Assembly (NCBI GenBank): GCA_051362555.1
Contig: CM120641.1
Location: forward strand, 6,448,001-6,512,000
Direction: 5' to 3'
Length of the DNA stretch: 64,000 bases
Source: Lingula anatina
Taxonomy: Eukaryota; Animalia; Brachiopoda
The translations under genes and the position numbers were made by a program. The notes under the pieces are model-generated. The model made no database searches. It saw nothing but the letters and a program-made list of their open reading frames with translations, and had not been told where the DNA came from. Shown piece after piece: positions 20,549-35,200 of the stretch (positions are counted from its first letter, which is position 1; each line of letters begins with the position of its first letter).

Positions 20549-23194
20549 ATGAAGGCCAGAGGAGCTGTTGGAGTTTTCCTTCTTGCTTTGATTCACGTTA
20601 GCGTTGCAAGTAAGTTGACATTTCCATGTTCTTTGCTGCTTTGTTTTCTTTGAATGGGTCCGTCGATGAACGGCGGCGAGTCGGTATGTTTTACGCTCTA
20701 ATAAATGATGAATGTAGCTGCAGTGGTGTGTTGCGTAATTTTGATCTGGCTGCGATTTCTTTTGAGTCACGACGGTTTCTCAAACAAAACGAATACCGGT
20801 GCATTCTTTTACACGCACATAGACTTGAATGACTATAAGCCGGGTGCATAATTTCCTTGAATTAGTCTCTAATTTGTCGATTTCACATAGAATACATTGG
20901 GACTACCCGAGAAGGTCAAACGTACGCGACGATCCCAGCTGCAAAAACAAAAATTTACAGCTGATCGTTTATTCTAATGGTAACTTCATTTCATGTTGCA
21001 AGGAAGCGTTTTCATATCTAAAATAAACAAATGGAATGTGATTTCTTCAGTGAGAGTTTTTGCACCTAGTTAACGGTCAGTGCCCTCCCTACAGAAGTTT
21101 TTTTTTTTTTTCGCAACTGATTTCTGCAGAGCATGGGGTCCTCTTAAGTCATCTAGAGGTTGAAACAACAATGCAATCTAGCATTTGGTGTTTATAAGAA
21201 AGAAATGTGTTTGGTGTATCATATGTATATCTATATGGAGTTAAGATTTTTACTGCAAGACACCTGCTTTCTTTGCATTGTCAAGGATTTAATGTTTGGC
21301 TGATTTTTACTGCAAGACACCTGCTTTCTTTGCAGCGTCAAGGATTAAATGTTTGGCTTTTAAAATCCTCTTAAACACACATCCAGCAGTTGAAAAATGA
21401 ACTGGGAAACCACTCCTTGCTAGGTGGGATGGATCACACCCCTGCATGTCTGTCTTATCAGTAGAATAAATTTGGCAGTAGCCATGCTTCCCACTTTAAT
21501 ACACTGCCTGAACCACCTGTGCTTTTCATTAGTAGAGTTCTAATGTAGAGTACAGGCTTAACTACCATATACAATTATGAGAGTTATCGAAGTTCCACAC
21601 ATCTAACTATTTTCCACACAGCCCAGCGCCATGTCACAGATTAGTACCGATGTTTGTTTTTTTTTTTTTTGTTTCCACACATTATTTATTTTTTATTTTA
21701 TTTTTGCCTTCAAAAACTTATTTTATGACTGCTATTACTGTTATAAACAAATTTTCCTGTAGAGCTACCTTGCATCCAGATTTCTGTATCTCATTTTTAC
21801 AATACAGCAAATTATGGAATGTGATCTTACTATCAATTGCTTTGCAAACACACAAATTATGTAATAATGGAATGTTTGGCGTATTCTTTTGGATAATAAA
21901 GAGCTAAAAAAAAAAAAAACTATTTGGCCCTTGGTCTATCAAATGCAGTGATGTATTTAGTTATATGAAAGATGCCGTAACAAAAAACAGATAGCACATG
22001 AAGTAATTTATAAGGGTGAAGGGCTGCTTCTAGATAAAAACACAGAAGCTTATCAGTAGTTGAGATTGGAAACCTGTATGTGTGGATATGGGTGCACTGT
22101 GCAGAAATTAACTAGAAATGTATAAATTGCAATTAAACTAAAAACATGGTAAAACTGTTTGGTTCATAGGTGCCCCTGATATACTAGTGAGTTTTTTTTT
22201 CTTGATGAGTTATAATTTTTCTTCTTGCTTTAATTTTGAAAAATATCTCAAAATAATGTAGGTACCATCTTTTTGGTTCCTACCAAGACAAACGACCTCA
22301 ACTTTAAGCTTGAAAATTTCCATCTTCTTTTTAATTCTGCATCTGAAACGAGATTTCTGAAATGAAAACTTGATGTTGTGTAAAAGGTCCATGTAATGCT
22401 ACACAGCTGTGAGAGCAACATGTCTGAAATGCTATAGAACATACACAAATGCTTGAAAGAATGGCCTGAATAGTTTATCATAGCCCCCTAAACTCTGAGT
22501 ACCACATGCAACGAACTTTGTTCCTTTCTTATTATGGAAAATGTAAATAATTATAATTCTGACCAGAAAAAATGTCAGACTCCTGCATGTGATCCCGTCT
22601 GGAGCCACGTGGCCTGTGGACCTCTGCCCAACTGATATCCAGGCATTGCAAAAAAATGGTTGTCTCTTTTTTATATTAACTTGAAAAAAAGAAAAAGAGA
22701 AACAAAAAAGAGATCTGTTTGCTCCAGTTTCCTTTCTTATTAATTGCCCCCCTCCCTCCCCCCCCCCCAAAAAAAAAAGATTTTAGATGAGGAACTGCTA
22801 TTCTCATTCATTTTCAACTTGATTTAGTTAAATGTCCCTTATGCATGAAATGGTGATGGTTACAGAACAAAAGTTATCTCTTTATATGCACAATTTGTAA
22901 AGAAAAATCAATACAATGATGCAGATGTGAGCAGTTTTTTCCATTTTTTTTGTATGTTGTACAAATATGAGAAAAAACGAACTTGAGGAATTATTTTATA
23001 TAATTTTTGATTTTTTTTTTCAGCCTGTCCAGATGGTAGTTGTGATGCCCAAAGCTTCCCATGTAATAATACCTGTAGTTGTATTCCTTCTACTTGGCGT
23101 TGTGACCATGACGATGACTGTGGAGATGGCTCTGATGAATATAACTGCAGTAAGGAAAAATAAATATCAGCAATTTTATCATTATAATATAGTG

Positions 23195-23241
<47 letters not shown>

Positions 23242-26200
23242 GGATCAAGTGCAATGATGCGTATCTTGGAGTTTGTTAGACAGTACTTCTAAGACCCTGT
23301 GTGGATCTTTATGATTCATTTTTTTTTTTTTTTCAAATTATGGATGTTAATATAATTGACTTTATGGCTGCACAAAAGTTTACTTGGGTGCAGTTTACTC
23401 TTTGGCATTCTGATAAAAAGTAAACCCTTGTGTTAATTATTTAAAAGTTGAATTGATATTTTCACAGGATGATGTGGTTTTAAGTACATTGAATGTTTAT
23501 AAAACTGTTTGTTTTTACACTAAATAACATTAAAAAACAAGATTAAATGACCCAAATTGACATTGAGAAAAAAAAGAATGGTAAAATGAACCCATGATTG
23601 GTTCCCTTTTTTAATATCCAATGTTGCCTTATTTTACAGTCTGCTGGAACTTGCACAGTACATAGTGCATTCCCTCACACAGTTGAAACCCATATAGTTA
23701 AATGTAACCAGTATGAGAATAAAAGAGTTGCATACCTACGGCTGTGCCTAGAACTTGTCTCAATAATACAGTTGTTTAAAATTTCCAACCAGGATTGGCT
23801 TCTTTATTTTGGTAATTGTTTTAACAATTCTTACCAAAAAGTAAAGGAAAAAAAGGTACAAAAGCTTTACTATGGTCTACTATGGCACTAGCCTGGTGGT
23901 GAGGAAAGAAAATGGTTACAGGAGCATTGTTAGTATAAGGGTTTGATTTCCATGGGAACATCTGGTTTTATGTTCAGTAGAAGTCTTTTTTACTTTTCAA
24001 CTGGCTATGAGATGTTAAACTAGACCAACTATATACACATATTAATTTTGAAAATAAAAATGAAATTAAACAAATCACACAGATGATTATCTTATGGTCA
24101 GGTGATGTTGATATTTGGGGCATGGTTGTTGTTTGAACTTGAACTAAGCTTTTGCAAAACTTTAATCATCAAGGCTTGGAAAGGAGGCCCGGAACAGATC
24201 ATGGGTAAAAAAAAATTAATTCAATTTTGTGGGTGACATTTAGGCAGTCTGGGGAAACATGATCATGCATGCTTGCTACAGCTTGCATGGGGATTTAAAA
24301 TACCTCAACCTTAGAATCCAGATTTTTAAAACTTGTTTTTGTTTATTCAATCCAATATTTTTATTGTTTGTGGTATCTTTGTACCTGTATATTGAGTAAT
24401 CTTTGAAATGTGCCTGAACTTGTTTGTGATGTTTTCTACAAATACAATGCAAGGCGCCATATGTACATCTAAGGATATGTTTACAAAACCAGATATGCAA
24501 ACTGGGTCTTTGTCCTAAAATCTTGCAGTGTCATCCAAAAGACCTTCTGAGAGACTGTTTTCTAAACAAAACAAACAACCTCCAAAATAGTCTTGAGAAA
24601 ATGGTTATTCATTCAAACATTTCCTCAAGACTATTTTTAATTCCAGAAATATGGTAAATTATTTAAAGCTCATTTCTTTCTTTTAAGTGATGTCCTCAGA
24701 GATGGGAACAAAGAAAGCTTAAGGTTACAAAGGATAAAAAGTGCTCATTCAACCTCTTCTTAAATTTCTGTTTCTGAACCAGTTATTTTTATAACTCATA
24801 TATTTAGAGGAGTAAAAAATCCATGCTTTAACAGAGATTAAAGTCACCCTGTTACTTCACACATTTTTAAATATAAAAAAAACTTCTATTTTTGAAAGTA
24901 AGTCTCATCTTTTTAATGGGCCTTTTTAGGACTCAGTGTATAGAATATTTCTGTGTCCTTTCTTGAAATCACTACCCCTGCTAAAACTTGTGTGTGATGG
25001 GTATTTTTTGACTTTTGAACTTGATAGCTAGAGTGATATAGTTGCTTAATACTAGATACTAAAAAAAACATTAGTTAAAGACCTGAAGAAAATGTGTTGA
25101 TTATATTTTTAAATAAAAAGAATTCATACATTGCTCCTTTAAGTTTAATGTAAGTGTCTCTTCATACTTGTCGCATTCTTTTCCAGCCTATCCAGCTTGT
25201 AATGGGGACCAGTTCCAGTGCGGCAACAAGAAATGTACATTTCAGAGTTGGGTCTGTGACAGTGCCAACGATTGCGGAGATAACTCTGATGAACAAGGCT
25301 GTGGTAAAGGATTTTGAACTCTTTGATCTTTTATTAGTGATAACAATAAGCTCATCATCATTATGATTGAAAAAGGATTAATTAAGAATGCTACAGTTAC
25401 CCAACTGAATTTGTGCACAGGTTCCTCTTTATTTATAAAGAAGTTGGATTTATTACCTGAAGATCCATACCTTTTTACTAACTGTCAAGGTATGAATCTC
25501 AAAATCTTGGATCTAATTTCATATTGTCAGACATTTAAGGAAGTTATTTGCTTATGTAAGGTTTTTTGAGGTGGGGGAGGGGGGATTAATGGGCGCTGGA
25601 ATTCAAATAATTTAGGAAAAGGCATCACTTTATACAATATTAGTTGTGAACAACTTAATACATTTTACCTTTTGCTAATAAAATCTTAACAGCTTTTGAT
25701 TCAAATGCAAGTTTTAATAAGCAAGCTAGAATGAAAAACTAAGTCCAGGCTATATTAGGAGATCTGGTTATAAATGCTAACAGCTAGTGGTCTAGGGATG
25801 AAAGTACTTCAGATTGTCAGTTTGTGCCTTCAGCTTATGGGTGGCCACATACTACTAGTAGATTGGTTATAAAAAAGTCCCTGTCAGTACAGATTTGAGT
25901 GAAGCTGAGACCCAAGTTAAGGTGCATACACCCACACTAGCATAAATGGATGCATAAATATTGGGGCATACATTTACACACATGCATACACATATACACA
26001 CACATGTACGCACACCTGTTAAATTTTTGGTTTTATGTAAAGGAAACCAAACAGTGCTTTGTACATACTATCTTCTTTCCACAATTTTCTTCAGTATTGT
26101 ATACCCATGATGAAGCCAAAATAGTAGTACCATTAATGCTAAATAATACATTTGTCTTTTGAGCAAAACATGCTGGAAAATTTGTTATTATGCTAGTGTT

Positions 26201-29200
26201 TTAAAGCCTGGAATGCTTTTGAAAGTTTTTCTCTTTTTGTGATTACTATGGAATTAATAACATAACTAAAATATGAATGAAACACTCCAACAATAGACTT
26301 TGTAAAAGATCCAGAATACATAAAAAACATGAGCCATGTTTTCAAAAAAAAGGCACATCTAAAGAATTTATATAGGTGCTGACTTGATAACTGTAAGTAT
26401 TATATATCCAAACAGTTAACGGGAAAATGAATAAATTACTTATGATTTTGAATCAACTTATCAGGAAAATGTGTCGTTACCAAAACTCACTCATGTTCAT
26501 CACCTGCTTATTTTATGAAAAATGCAATTATTTTTGATGTCATGGAAAGTGATTTGATACGCATCATGCCTCATTGTCTTAAAATGGAAAAGTTCAGAAT
26601 GTTGAAATAGAGCAGTTTTTAGAAAAAGGTTGTTATATATATCATTAGTTTTAGGTTTATAAATTGAATGTTTCAGCAGTATGAGGTAGCTAAATAACTA
26701 GAAAAATGATAGAATGCTATTTTGCTGCTATATAGTTTTAGTTGTACATGTACAGCATATTTCATCTTGTTCCATACATGACAGATTTCTTCCTGTTTTA
26801 CAATAATCATTTATCTTACACATGATTGCACTTTCTCTTCTTAACAAACTGTACTGCAAATTTGATGAACATTGCTGTACAATTTCTCAATTTTCAGCAA
26901 TACTTTGTTATGAAAAAAATGCCACTCATCCAAAAAAATCAAAGCTAAACTTTAAAGCTGTGTTGTAGTCTATTTTCATCATGATAAAATCAGTGGTTGT
27001 AGTATTCTACTTAGATAAAAATATTGGGCCAGTTTCACAAAAGAGTAAGGTATGGCTTGTGTTTTAGATCAATATTTGGTATTTTTTATGGACAAGTACA
27101 GATTTTTGTATGGCCAAAGTAGATGAAAATAATCATTGCTATCTTAAGATATGTTTAGAATGAATCTATCATACAAGCTGGTGTGCTCTAAATCCACAGG
27201 GTCTCTCGCTGAATGCAATCATATTAACAGATTAACATGCCCTCTCTTGTTTCCAATCACCAGCTTTTCTGTATCCTACTGAACCCCAGTAGGAGGGATA
27301 TATATCTGTTAGTCTGATTACATTCAGCGATAGTCCTCTTGGAATAAGTGTGCTCTAGCTGGTATGATAGATTCATTGTGAACGCTCCCTGAAGTACCGA
27401 TAATAGTCAAACTAAGTTATCATTCTCTCAAAGTATGCTGATACAGCTGTATCACTAGAATATACTGCTCCATGAGGAGCCTTAGCCATGTCACATTTTA
27501 TATGCAGTTGTGAATGATGATAGAATAGTAACATATTAGGATCCAGTCAGATTTGTATTGATTTTGATTCCTCACTGTCAAGCTGATGTTGAAAATAAAA
27601 TAAAGATGATCTGCTTGACAGCTAGGCAACGAAATTAAAAGACCATTTTGAAGGATTGTCAAAAGTTTGTCATTGATGGTTAGTCTGTGCAATGACATTT
27701 AATAAAGGGTTTTAGTATGGGGATGGGTTAGGGGCAGCATTTAACTACATGTACAATCCAACATAAGTTGGAGCCAAGCTTGAAAGGAGGGATGGTAAGT
27801 TAGCTGGCTACTAGTCGGTAAAAGAGTCGGAAAAGGAAGAGATAAGATATAACACAACCTGACCTTCTGTCAAGTAATTTTCTGGAAAAAGAAGAACTGA
27901 AACACTATGGAGTATATTGCCGAATTCTGGGCGCATAATTGTTATGACAGAAGAGCACTATTCGGGTGCTCTTCGCTAACAGGTTATATTTCCACAATTC
28001 CCAAGAGCATTGACCCTATCAAAAAACTTGTTCTTTGAAATCTGAAGTTCAACAACAATTTGGGTTGAAATCCCCAGGATGTTAAAGGCATTCATTTTTG
28101 CATACCAGCAGCCATCAGTATCACTTGATGTTAATGGACAAGGAAGGTAAGTTAGAAGACTTGGTAACGGGAAGAAAAAAAAGAAAAACCATCAACTTTA
28201 TTATTTTTATCCACAGCACTCCAGTTTTGAGTGCTTGTGGTAAAAGAGTGTAAAAGTAAAAGGTTGTGCTTTTCTCTGTCCTTTTAATCAGAGAGCCAGG
28301 AGGGAAGTTCTTTACATATGGAGTCAAAACCTTAATAGTTAGAAGAACAATACATACACTCCTTTGTTTATCAAAAGATTAGGTATATTAACTTTAGAGA
28401 GTTTGTTGACTCTGAGTATTACTTTCTCTCCAGTGAGTTCTGTGAAGTAGCATGGGGTGAAAATGTGATCTAAGCTTTGATTTAGGTGCATGGAAGTATT
28501 TTGCATGAACTGAGGCCATGTTCACAGTGGGACTAAATTAGGCTGGACATATTTTAACTGACATCACAAGGTGGCCAAACCATTTCACTTGGGATTTTCA
28601 ATTCTGAAGTGTAGAAAGGTCCCTAAATAATCCAGTTATCTAATGATTTTAATCAGATCCTATTTTAGTTTTAAGTTGGGATTGTTGTGAATGCATTAAA
28701 GTTGTAGGCTCATGAGGAGCAGTTTATAGTGTGAATAAGTTACCATCAGTTAACTCTCCCTGACATATAGAATTAGGATTCAAGAAGCTTGTATTCTAAA
28801 GATTAATTCATGCTTTTTTTCCTCTGGAACTTATAGTATTTGTATACTATCCAAAGCCAAAAAGCAAATAATCCCTGGAGTTAGTAAAAAGAAGATACAC
28901 ATATTTAGTTTGAATAAGATGCAGAGACAATGCTTCAAATTTGAACAAATCCTGCCTGCCTGGGTGCCTAGATGAAAATTCAAATTCTTATGCGTGTTCA
29001 GTCATTGATGTAAACCTTACCACAAAAAGTCTTATCATTTTAGCTCTTGCAATGCACGAGACTTAGCAGTGTTCCTGGAATTAATAGATCTATTGCTAAA
29101 ATAAGTGTGTCATGTATAAATGCACAATCAACCTCCTTGATTTATCTGGGGAAATGCTGCGTTTGTCAAGAGAATATCATATTATAGAGTAGAAATGAGA

Positions 29201-32200
29201 TGTTTATCTTTATGTTTTAACCAATCTGTACCGTCAATTAGACCTTGGTCAAATGATCAGAACTATTCAGAGGTGAATTATTTTGAAGGTTGTATAAAAT
29301 CAGTTGGATGAAAAAGAATTTAGAAAATAAAATTAATTGATAATGTTAATATATTATACATAATTCATCATTTACTATGATTTAGAGAATGAAATTAATT
29401 GATAACGTTGAAATATTGTACATTATTTATCGTTATATTTTACAGGTTTTTATTCCTGTGGCCCTGAGGAATGGCCATGTACTGAGGATGGAATGTGTAT
29501 CAACATAACCAAAGTCTGTGATAGAAACAGAGATTGCATGCGTGGGAGTGATGAAGCAACCTCATGTAGTAAGTCACAGCCTGTCATTGTTTTGTTTATG
29601 TTGATTTGCACAAAAATTATCAACCAAAAAGTTTTTTGGGGAAGTAAATAAGATGTGCACATAATTATAATAGTAACTTAAAGTTTACCCTAATAGCAAA
29701 TCCATTTTGATCACAAAATGAAGGAACATGTTGGGAAGTGAAAAGTTTCTTCTTCCTTTTAGGCTGCTACAGTGCCTTTCTTTTTGTTGTAATGTTAGCT
29801 TCTAAAAGGTTCTCATGTTGCTCATATATTTGTAACAAATATTTAAACAAATTACTTGTGATAGAAGACACATAGCTTAGAATCCAAAGTTAATTGCTCA
29901 TCCTTTTCCAATTCTACAAAGAGCACAGACTCCTAAAGCTTATCGTAGTATGGTGTAGGAATGATGAATGGATTGCAAGCTCAGTGATGACATTCTGGAA
30001 GAGTAATTCTGTCAGTTGTTTCCTGGGAGAATATTACAATATATGGGGCCATTTTGATGAAGTCTCATGAAAGTCAATTACATTCAGAGCTTTGGTGAGC
30101 TCTATCAGAAGATTTCTTGCATTTGAAAGAAATTGCTTATTGATATCTAGGGATATGCAGACGACAACTCTAGTGAAGGTTCTTTTTTGGGGTTAACCGT
30201 CATTTTTTACTGAATATGACCTAAATGAAGAAAATTGCATCTTTCTGAATTCTGTGCAAAGATTTGGTTTTTGAAAGAAATATATTTACAAGTCCACATG
30301 ATGGAATTGAAGAAAATTTGATGTAAACTAACATCTTGATTTTTGCCATGGATAGAATAGGATAATTTTACTTGAAACAGTATTGCAAATCCTGTTTTTT
30401 TTTTTTTAAATTCTGCAGCAGCAGCAATATTGAATATAACTCATAACAGCAATGATATGCTGATACCCAAAGCAACATCACCCATACAGACAAGTCTCTC
30501 ACATAACCCAGATTTTCATAATAACACTGCAGTGCTCCCATACACATGGCAGAGTCTATATATGCGAGTTCTCATGTACAGCCTCAGGGTATTTTGAAGG
30601 CCGACTGGCCCAACCAGGTTGTTAAGTACAGCCATTCGCAACAGGTGGTTTGAGTAGTCTTGACCAGTCTTGACCAGTCTTGACCACTGCATGACACTGT
30701 AGTATTACCATACCAAGAATACTTGAATGTCACTGTTCTACCTGCAGTTCTGTATCATATTTAATGATCGAATTGAAGAGACTCTCCCTGGTGATTTTTG
30801 AAATGTACCCAGAAATGTTTGAAAACATGCCCAGACAAAATTTTCTTATGATGATCTTCTTTATTGTTTTTTTTTTTTTTTTGTTCGTGCACTTTTCTTA
30901 TATAAAAATTTTGAAATTAAACCATGTCTATACATTTTCAAAATTCTTTTGAATTGTGCTCTTCTTGTAAGTCTCATATATACACATAAGATAAGGAAAT
31001 CATCATATGATGCACTGCAGGAAATAACAAAAAGAAAAAAACCCCAAACATTCTTATAACACTGGCACATTACCAGTATCTCAATACCACAGTGACTGTG
31101 ATATAGCAGGGTACAAGAAGTACATTAACATGGCACAAAAGGCACATCCCTCCCCTATGGTACCTGCTCTCATTTTCAGGGCCTGGTGCCATTAATTTGA
31201 ACATACATCATCTTTTTCTTTTGTAGGTGGCACCTTTTGTAGTGCACTGTCCTGTGACCACCATTGCCAGCCCACCCCTACAGGCGGGACCTGTTATTGT
31301 AACACTGGCTTTACTCTTGATCCTGCTGATAACAGGACTTGTGTTGGTTAGTATGGGGATGACTGAAAAACTAAAATATCTGTGAAAATGATTGAAGTTC
31401 CCATTGCATGGCATTGCCTTGGTTTATCTCTCTTGTCATTTCCTTGACTGCATTTGATCTTTCTTGTTGATATTTGAAACCTTTACTTCTTATTGCAAGT
31501 TCAAAATATTACCTGCAGTGAAAATGTTTGTTAGGCTGACAGTTATTTGCACACACAGCTCCCAGACTTGTAATTTGTCTAATTACCTGCTAATTTTGTA
31601 CACATTTGATCAATTTTACTTCCAAAATCAATATTTTGTTAGTAATACACACAAAAAAGATAATCCTAAGAGATGAAACAAGATGGGATCATGGCAAGTA
31701 GTATTTTATGTGAATAACAAATCATTATAAACCTTCAAAAATGTGTTAAAATGTTTGATTTTTTTGAAATTATTGAATGATAATAATAAGAACATTTTCC
31801 CCATATGCATCTTCCTTTACATACATTTCAATCATACTTGTGAATTTATCTTTGATTTTCCCTCCATAGCTACATGTGCTGAGATAGTAATACTTAATCA
31901 ATTTTGTTCACAGATTTTGATGAATGCTCGTATTTTGGACCTTGGTCTTGTGATCAAACCTGCCAAAACACCAATGGTGGATATACCTGCGGCTGCCATA
32001 CTGGATATACCTTACAGGGTACCAAGAAATGTGTCGCCCCAAATAGTAAGTTGTTAGTTTTTTCATTCATTAGACTGTCCTTTAATATGTAGTCATGAGA
32101 GAGAAGACAGTGAATGCAACTTTTTTTTTCTAGCATGATCACAATTTCTTTGAGTCTTGCAACAATAAAAACAGACTATGGGTGCATTCTAGATCGATCT

Positions 32201-35200
32201 ATCCCCATGGGGAGTCTCACTAGATTACTGTCACATAATCTGGCTTAAATGTCCGTCCAGCTACAAGCTGTAAGGGGGTAATTAACTTTTGTGCCCGTTC
32301 GGCTGACAGCTATTTAGCGTGAACCCCCAGGGAGTTAGGCCGATCTAGTTGGATCGATCTAAACTCTGGGAATGGGGTCTATGAGTTATCTGCGATATGT
32401 TATCTATGAGTTAATTGTAGTTTATGATACTGAATTGGTATAGATAATATTTATATTTTTATTTTATTATGGCTTTAGTATACATTAGTATAAATCATAT
32501 TTTGATTGTAGATATCTGTCAATAACTTACAAACTTAAACAATTTTAGGATATAATTTGATAGGAATTTATAGAATGTAGCCATGCCTAGAGGCTTACTC
32601 AGACATGTTAAGTCTGAGACATTAACTTTGGTTATTTCATGTAAACGAGGGAGAATTTAGGGACAGAATGTCCAGGGATTTAAATTATTTTAATAAAGTG
32701 CTGGAAGCCACCATACCTAATGCATACCCTGGTATATCATTTCAAAAGTGCGGGCAGCATGAGTCATTGTTCTGGACAATGGTCATAGCTTTGGGATACA
32801 AAAGGGAAGGGGTGTCAGTATAGTAATAACTGTGCAGTTGTTTCCACAGTCTCCACACTGGTTGATGTTTCTTGAGTAATGACTGGAATTGTGATGTGAG
32901 ATAAAGGCTTGGCAGTGAAGTGTGGCACGAAGTGGCACTAGCCTGCTAGGCAGTAATATTATCTTGCTTCACTGACGAGATAATAACATGATTATTTTAA
33001 CACTGAAAAATGGAAGGGAAAATGTGTGCCAGAAGTGGCAATCTGGTGTTAGTTTTGTTATTTTCCTTGAAGCCAAATTGTTGGCATAATTGTGTCCTCA
33101 GAACAGTTAGGGGTTACTTGTGTACTGCAGGCTGTGTATTGAAGCCAAGGGTGACCTTGACCTGTGGCCTGTAAATTGTGAAAATGCTCTTGATGACTTG
33201 ATGCAGTGGTTGGTTGTACTTGCACATCTGTTTCAGAAATTGTCATTCAAGAATTGTGTTGTTATTATAACGGACTTGAACATATTAAATAAATGTATCA
33301 TTTTTCATCTCTTCTTTGTTTTTTTTCAAAAAATTTATTTATTATTGTTATTTTTGTGTTTGTTTGTGCATTTGTTTAGCATTCTTAATTGAAATACTTG
33401 TAATTTTCATTTGTACCTCTCCCAAATATGGATAACTTCAAATAATTCACTTATCTTAAACCATCTTTCTATTTTCTATTTTACCATGCTAAACATGGTC
33501 ATTTTTTTTTCAGGTAGTTCTATGAAGTTGATGTTTGGCAAAGGAACCACAATTTACGAAGTGGACAAAAATGGCAATAGAAACAATGGAGTTAACGTCC
33601 AGTCAGCAGTAGATGCTCTGGACTATCACTTGACCAGTAATAAAATGTACTGGTCAGATACCAAGAATGCCAAGGTATCTTTCAAATATGTTTTGTCATT
33701 TTTCTTAATGACCTTTTAAATGTTTTTTTTTTCTTCTATAACCAGAGGATGTGGATGTTTGATTTTTTAATGAAAAATTGACTTTTATATGAAAATTGAG
33801 TGTAATGATTGTGCAATTAAAACATATGCATGGACTAAATATATCATGTTATACAAACTTTTACATGAAATTATATACAAACAGATAAGCATTATAGAAT
33901 AGTGCAAAGAATATTACATTTTATGGAAACTACACTTTTGTATATTTTGTTACTTGATTCTAGACTAGAAATGAATACAACTGTTTTTTTGATATCTGCT
34001 TTAGATATATGAAGCTAGCATGGATGGAAGTAACAGAAAGGAACTTAATATCAAAGGTGTCAGTGATCCAGTAGATGTGGCAGTGGATTGGATAGGTGAA
34101 TATAAATAACTTTTGTTATTATGTGTTATAATTTTATCCCTAAAGTTTTTCAGGTAGGCCATATAGGAATAACATATTGAAAAAAGTCTGTCAGTAGAGA
34201 CCTGTGTGAGAATGTTTGTACTTGTATGTTGATTGAAATGAGTCATGTCTACCTTGTACTACTTGATACCACTATAAATTTATTGGACAAGGCCATTAGT
34301 TGCTACAATTACTTTACAGCTGAAGCATTGGTGACATTGCTATTAAAGTTAAAAAAAACTCTTTGTGTTTTAGGCAAATAATTATAGGTTGGATAATGCT
34401 TATTCAGTAAAAAGCAGGGGTGTGATATTAATTTCTCAAAACTAATTTATTTTCCGTTTAAAACCACCATGCTAATGAAGAATAAAAAATAGATTCTGGT
34501 TATTGTTGGAGTGATGTAAATAGTCAAACGCACACCATTTGCAAAGATAAGATCAAAACCTGTCACAGGTGCTCTCCCAGACAAAAGTATCCATCCGTGT
34601 CTGGTGTCATAACATGGTTAAAGTTTCTCACTTGTTGCTACCTGTTGAAGTGGCTTCATGGTTAATCATGTTGGTAAATTTATGTGACTGCACTTTAAAC
34701 ATTCCACCTAGGGCCCAAAAGGCAAGATTTGAAATTAAGTATTTTTCTGAAATATTTTAGAAAGTGACCCTAAGACTTTTTGAAATTTAAAGCATGTTTG
34801 CCTGTGGGTAAGTGTTTTGGAGTAATATGAGAAAAAAAAAAAAAAGAAGTGCAGTTTTTTTTTTCAATTCTTTCTCAACTATGATAGTTGAGTGATTTTG
34901 TTTTGAGAAAATTTTGTAGTTGTTTTCAGATATATTCTAAATTGTTATAAATTTTATCTGTAATACATGTTAATGCTCTTCCTTTCCATTTAATTACATG
35001 ATTCTGTAAACGTTGAGAAAGTTCATTTGCATTTGATTCTCAGCATTTGTAATTGCCAGCTAAAAACACAATAGACTTCCCATGAGTCACTTCAAGGTTC
35101 ATTATAAAAAAAAACTGTTGCAGAAACAAAACAAAAAAATGACACTGGGTAATATGGATTGTTCCTGACAGTGTCAGGTCACATGAATACTTCCTGCATT

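Larger units (their letters stand above)
23024..29568 (+). other. LRP2-like ligand-binding cluster I (three LDLa repeats, one per exon)
   Basis: ...[18 protein letters not shown] (23024-23149), ...[18 protein letters not shown] (25187-25303), ...[18 protein letters not shown] (29446-29568); the next exon (31227) is an EGF module. Confidence 0.8.

Noticed and set aside
27950-27974. Hairpin gaagagcac-N7-gtgctcttc as an ncRNA or terminator
   Set aside because: Isolated 9-bp stem with no other supporting structure; more likely a repeat remnant.
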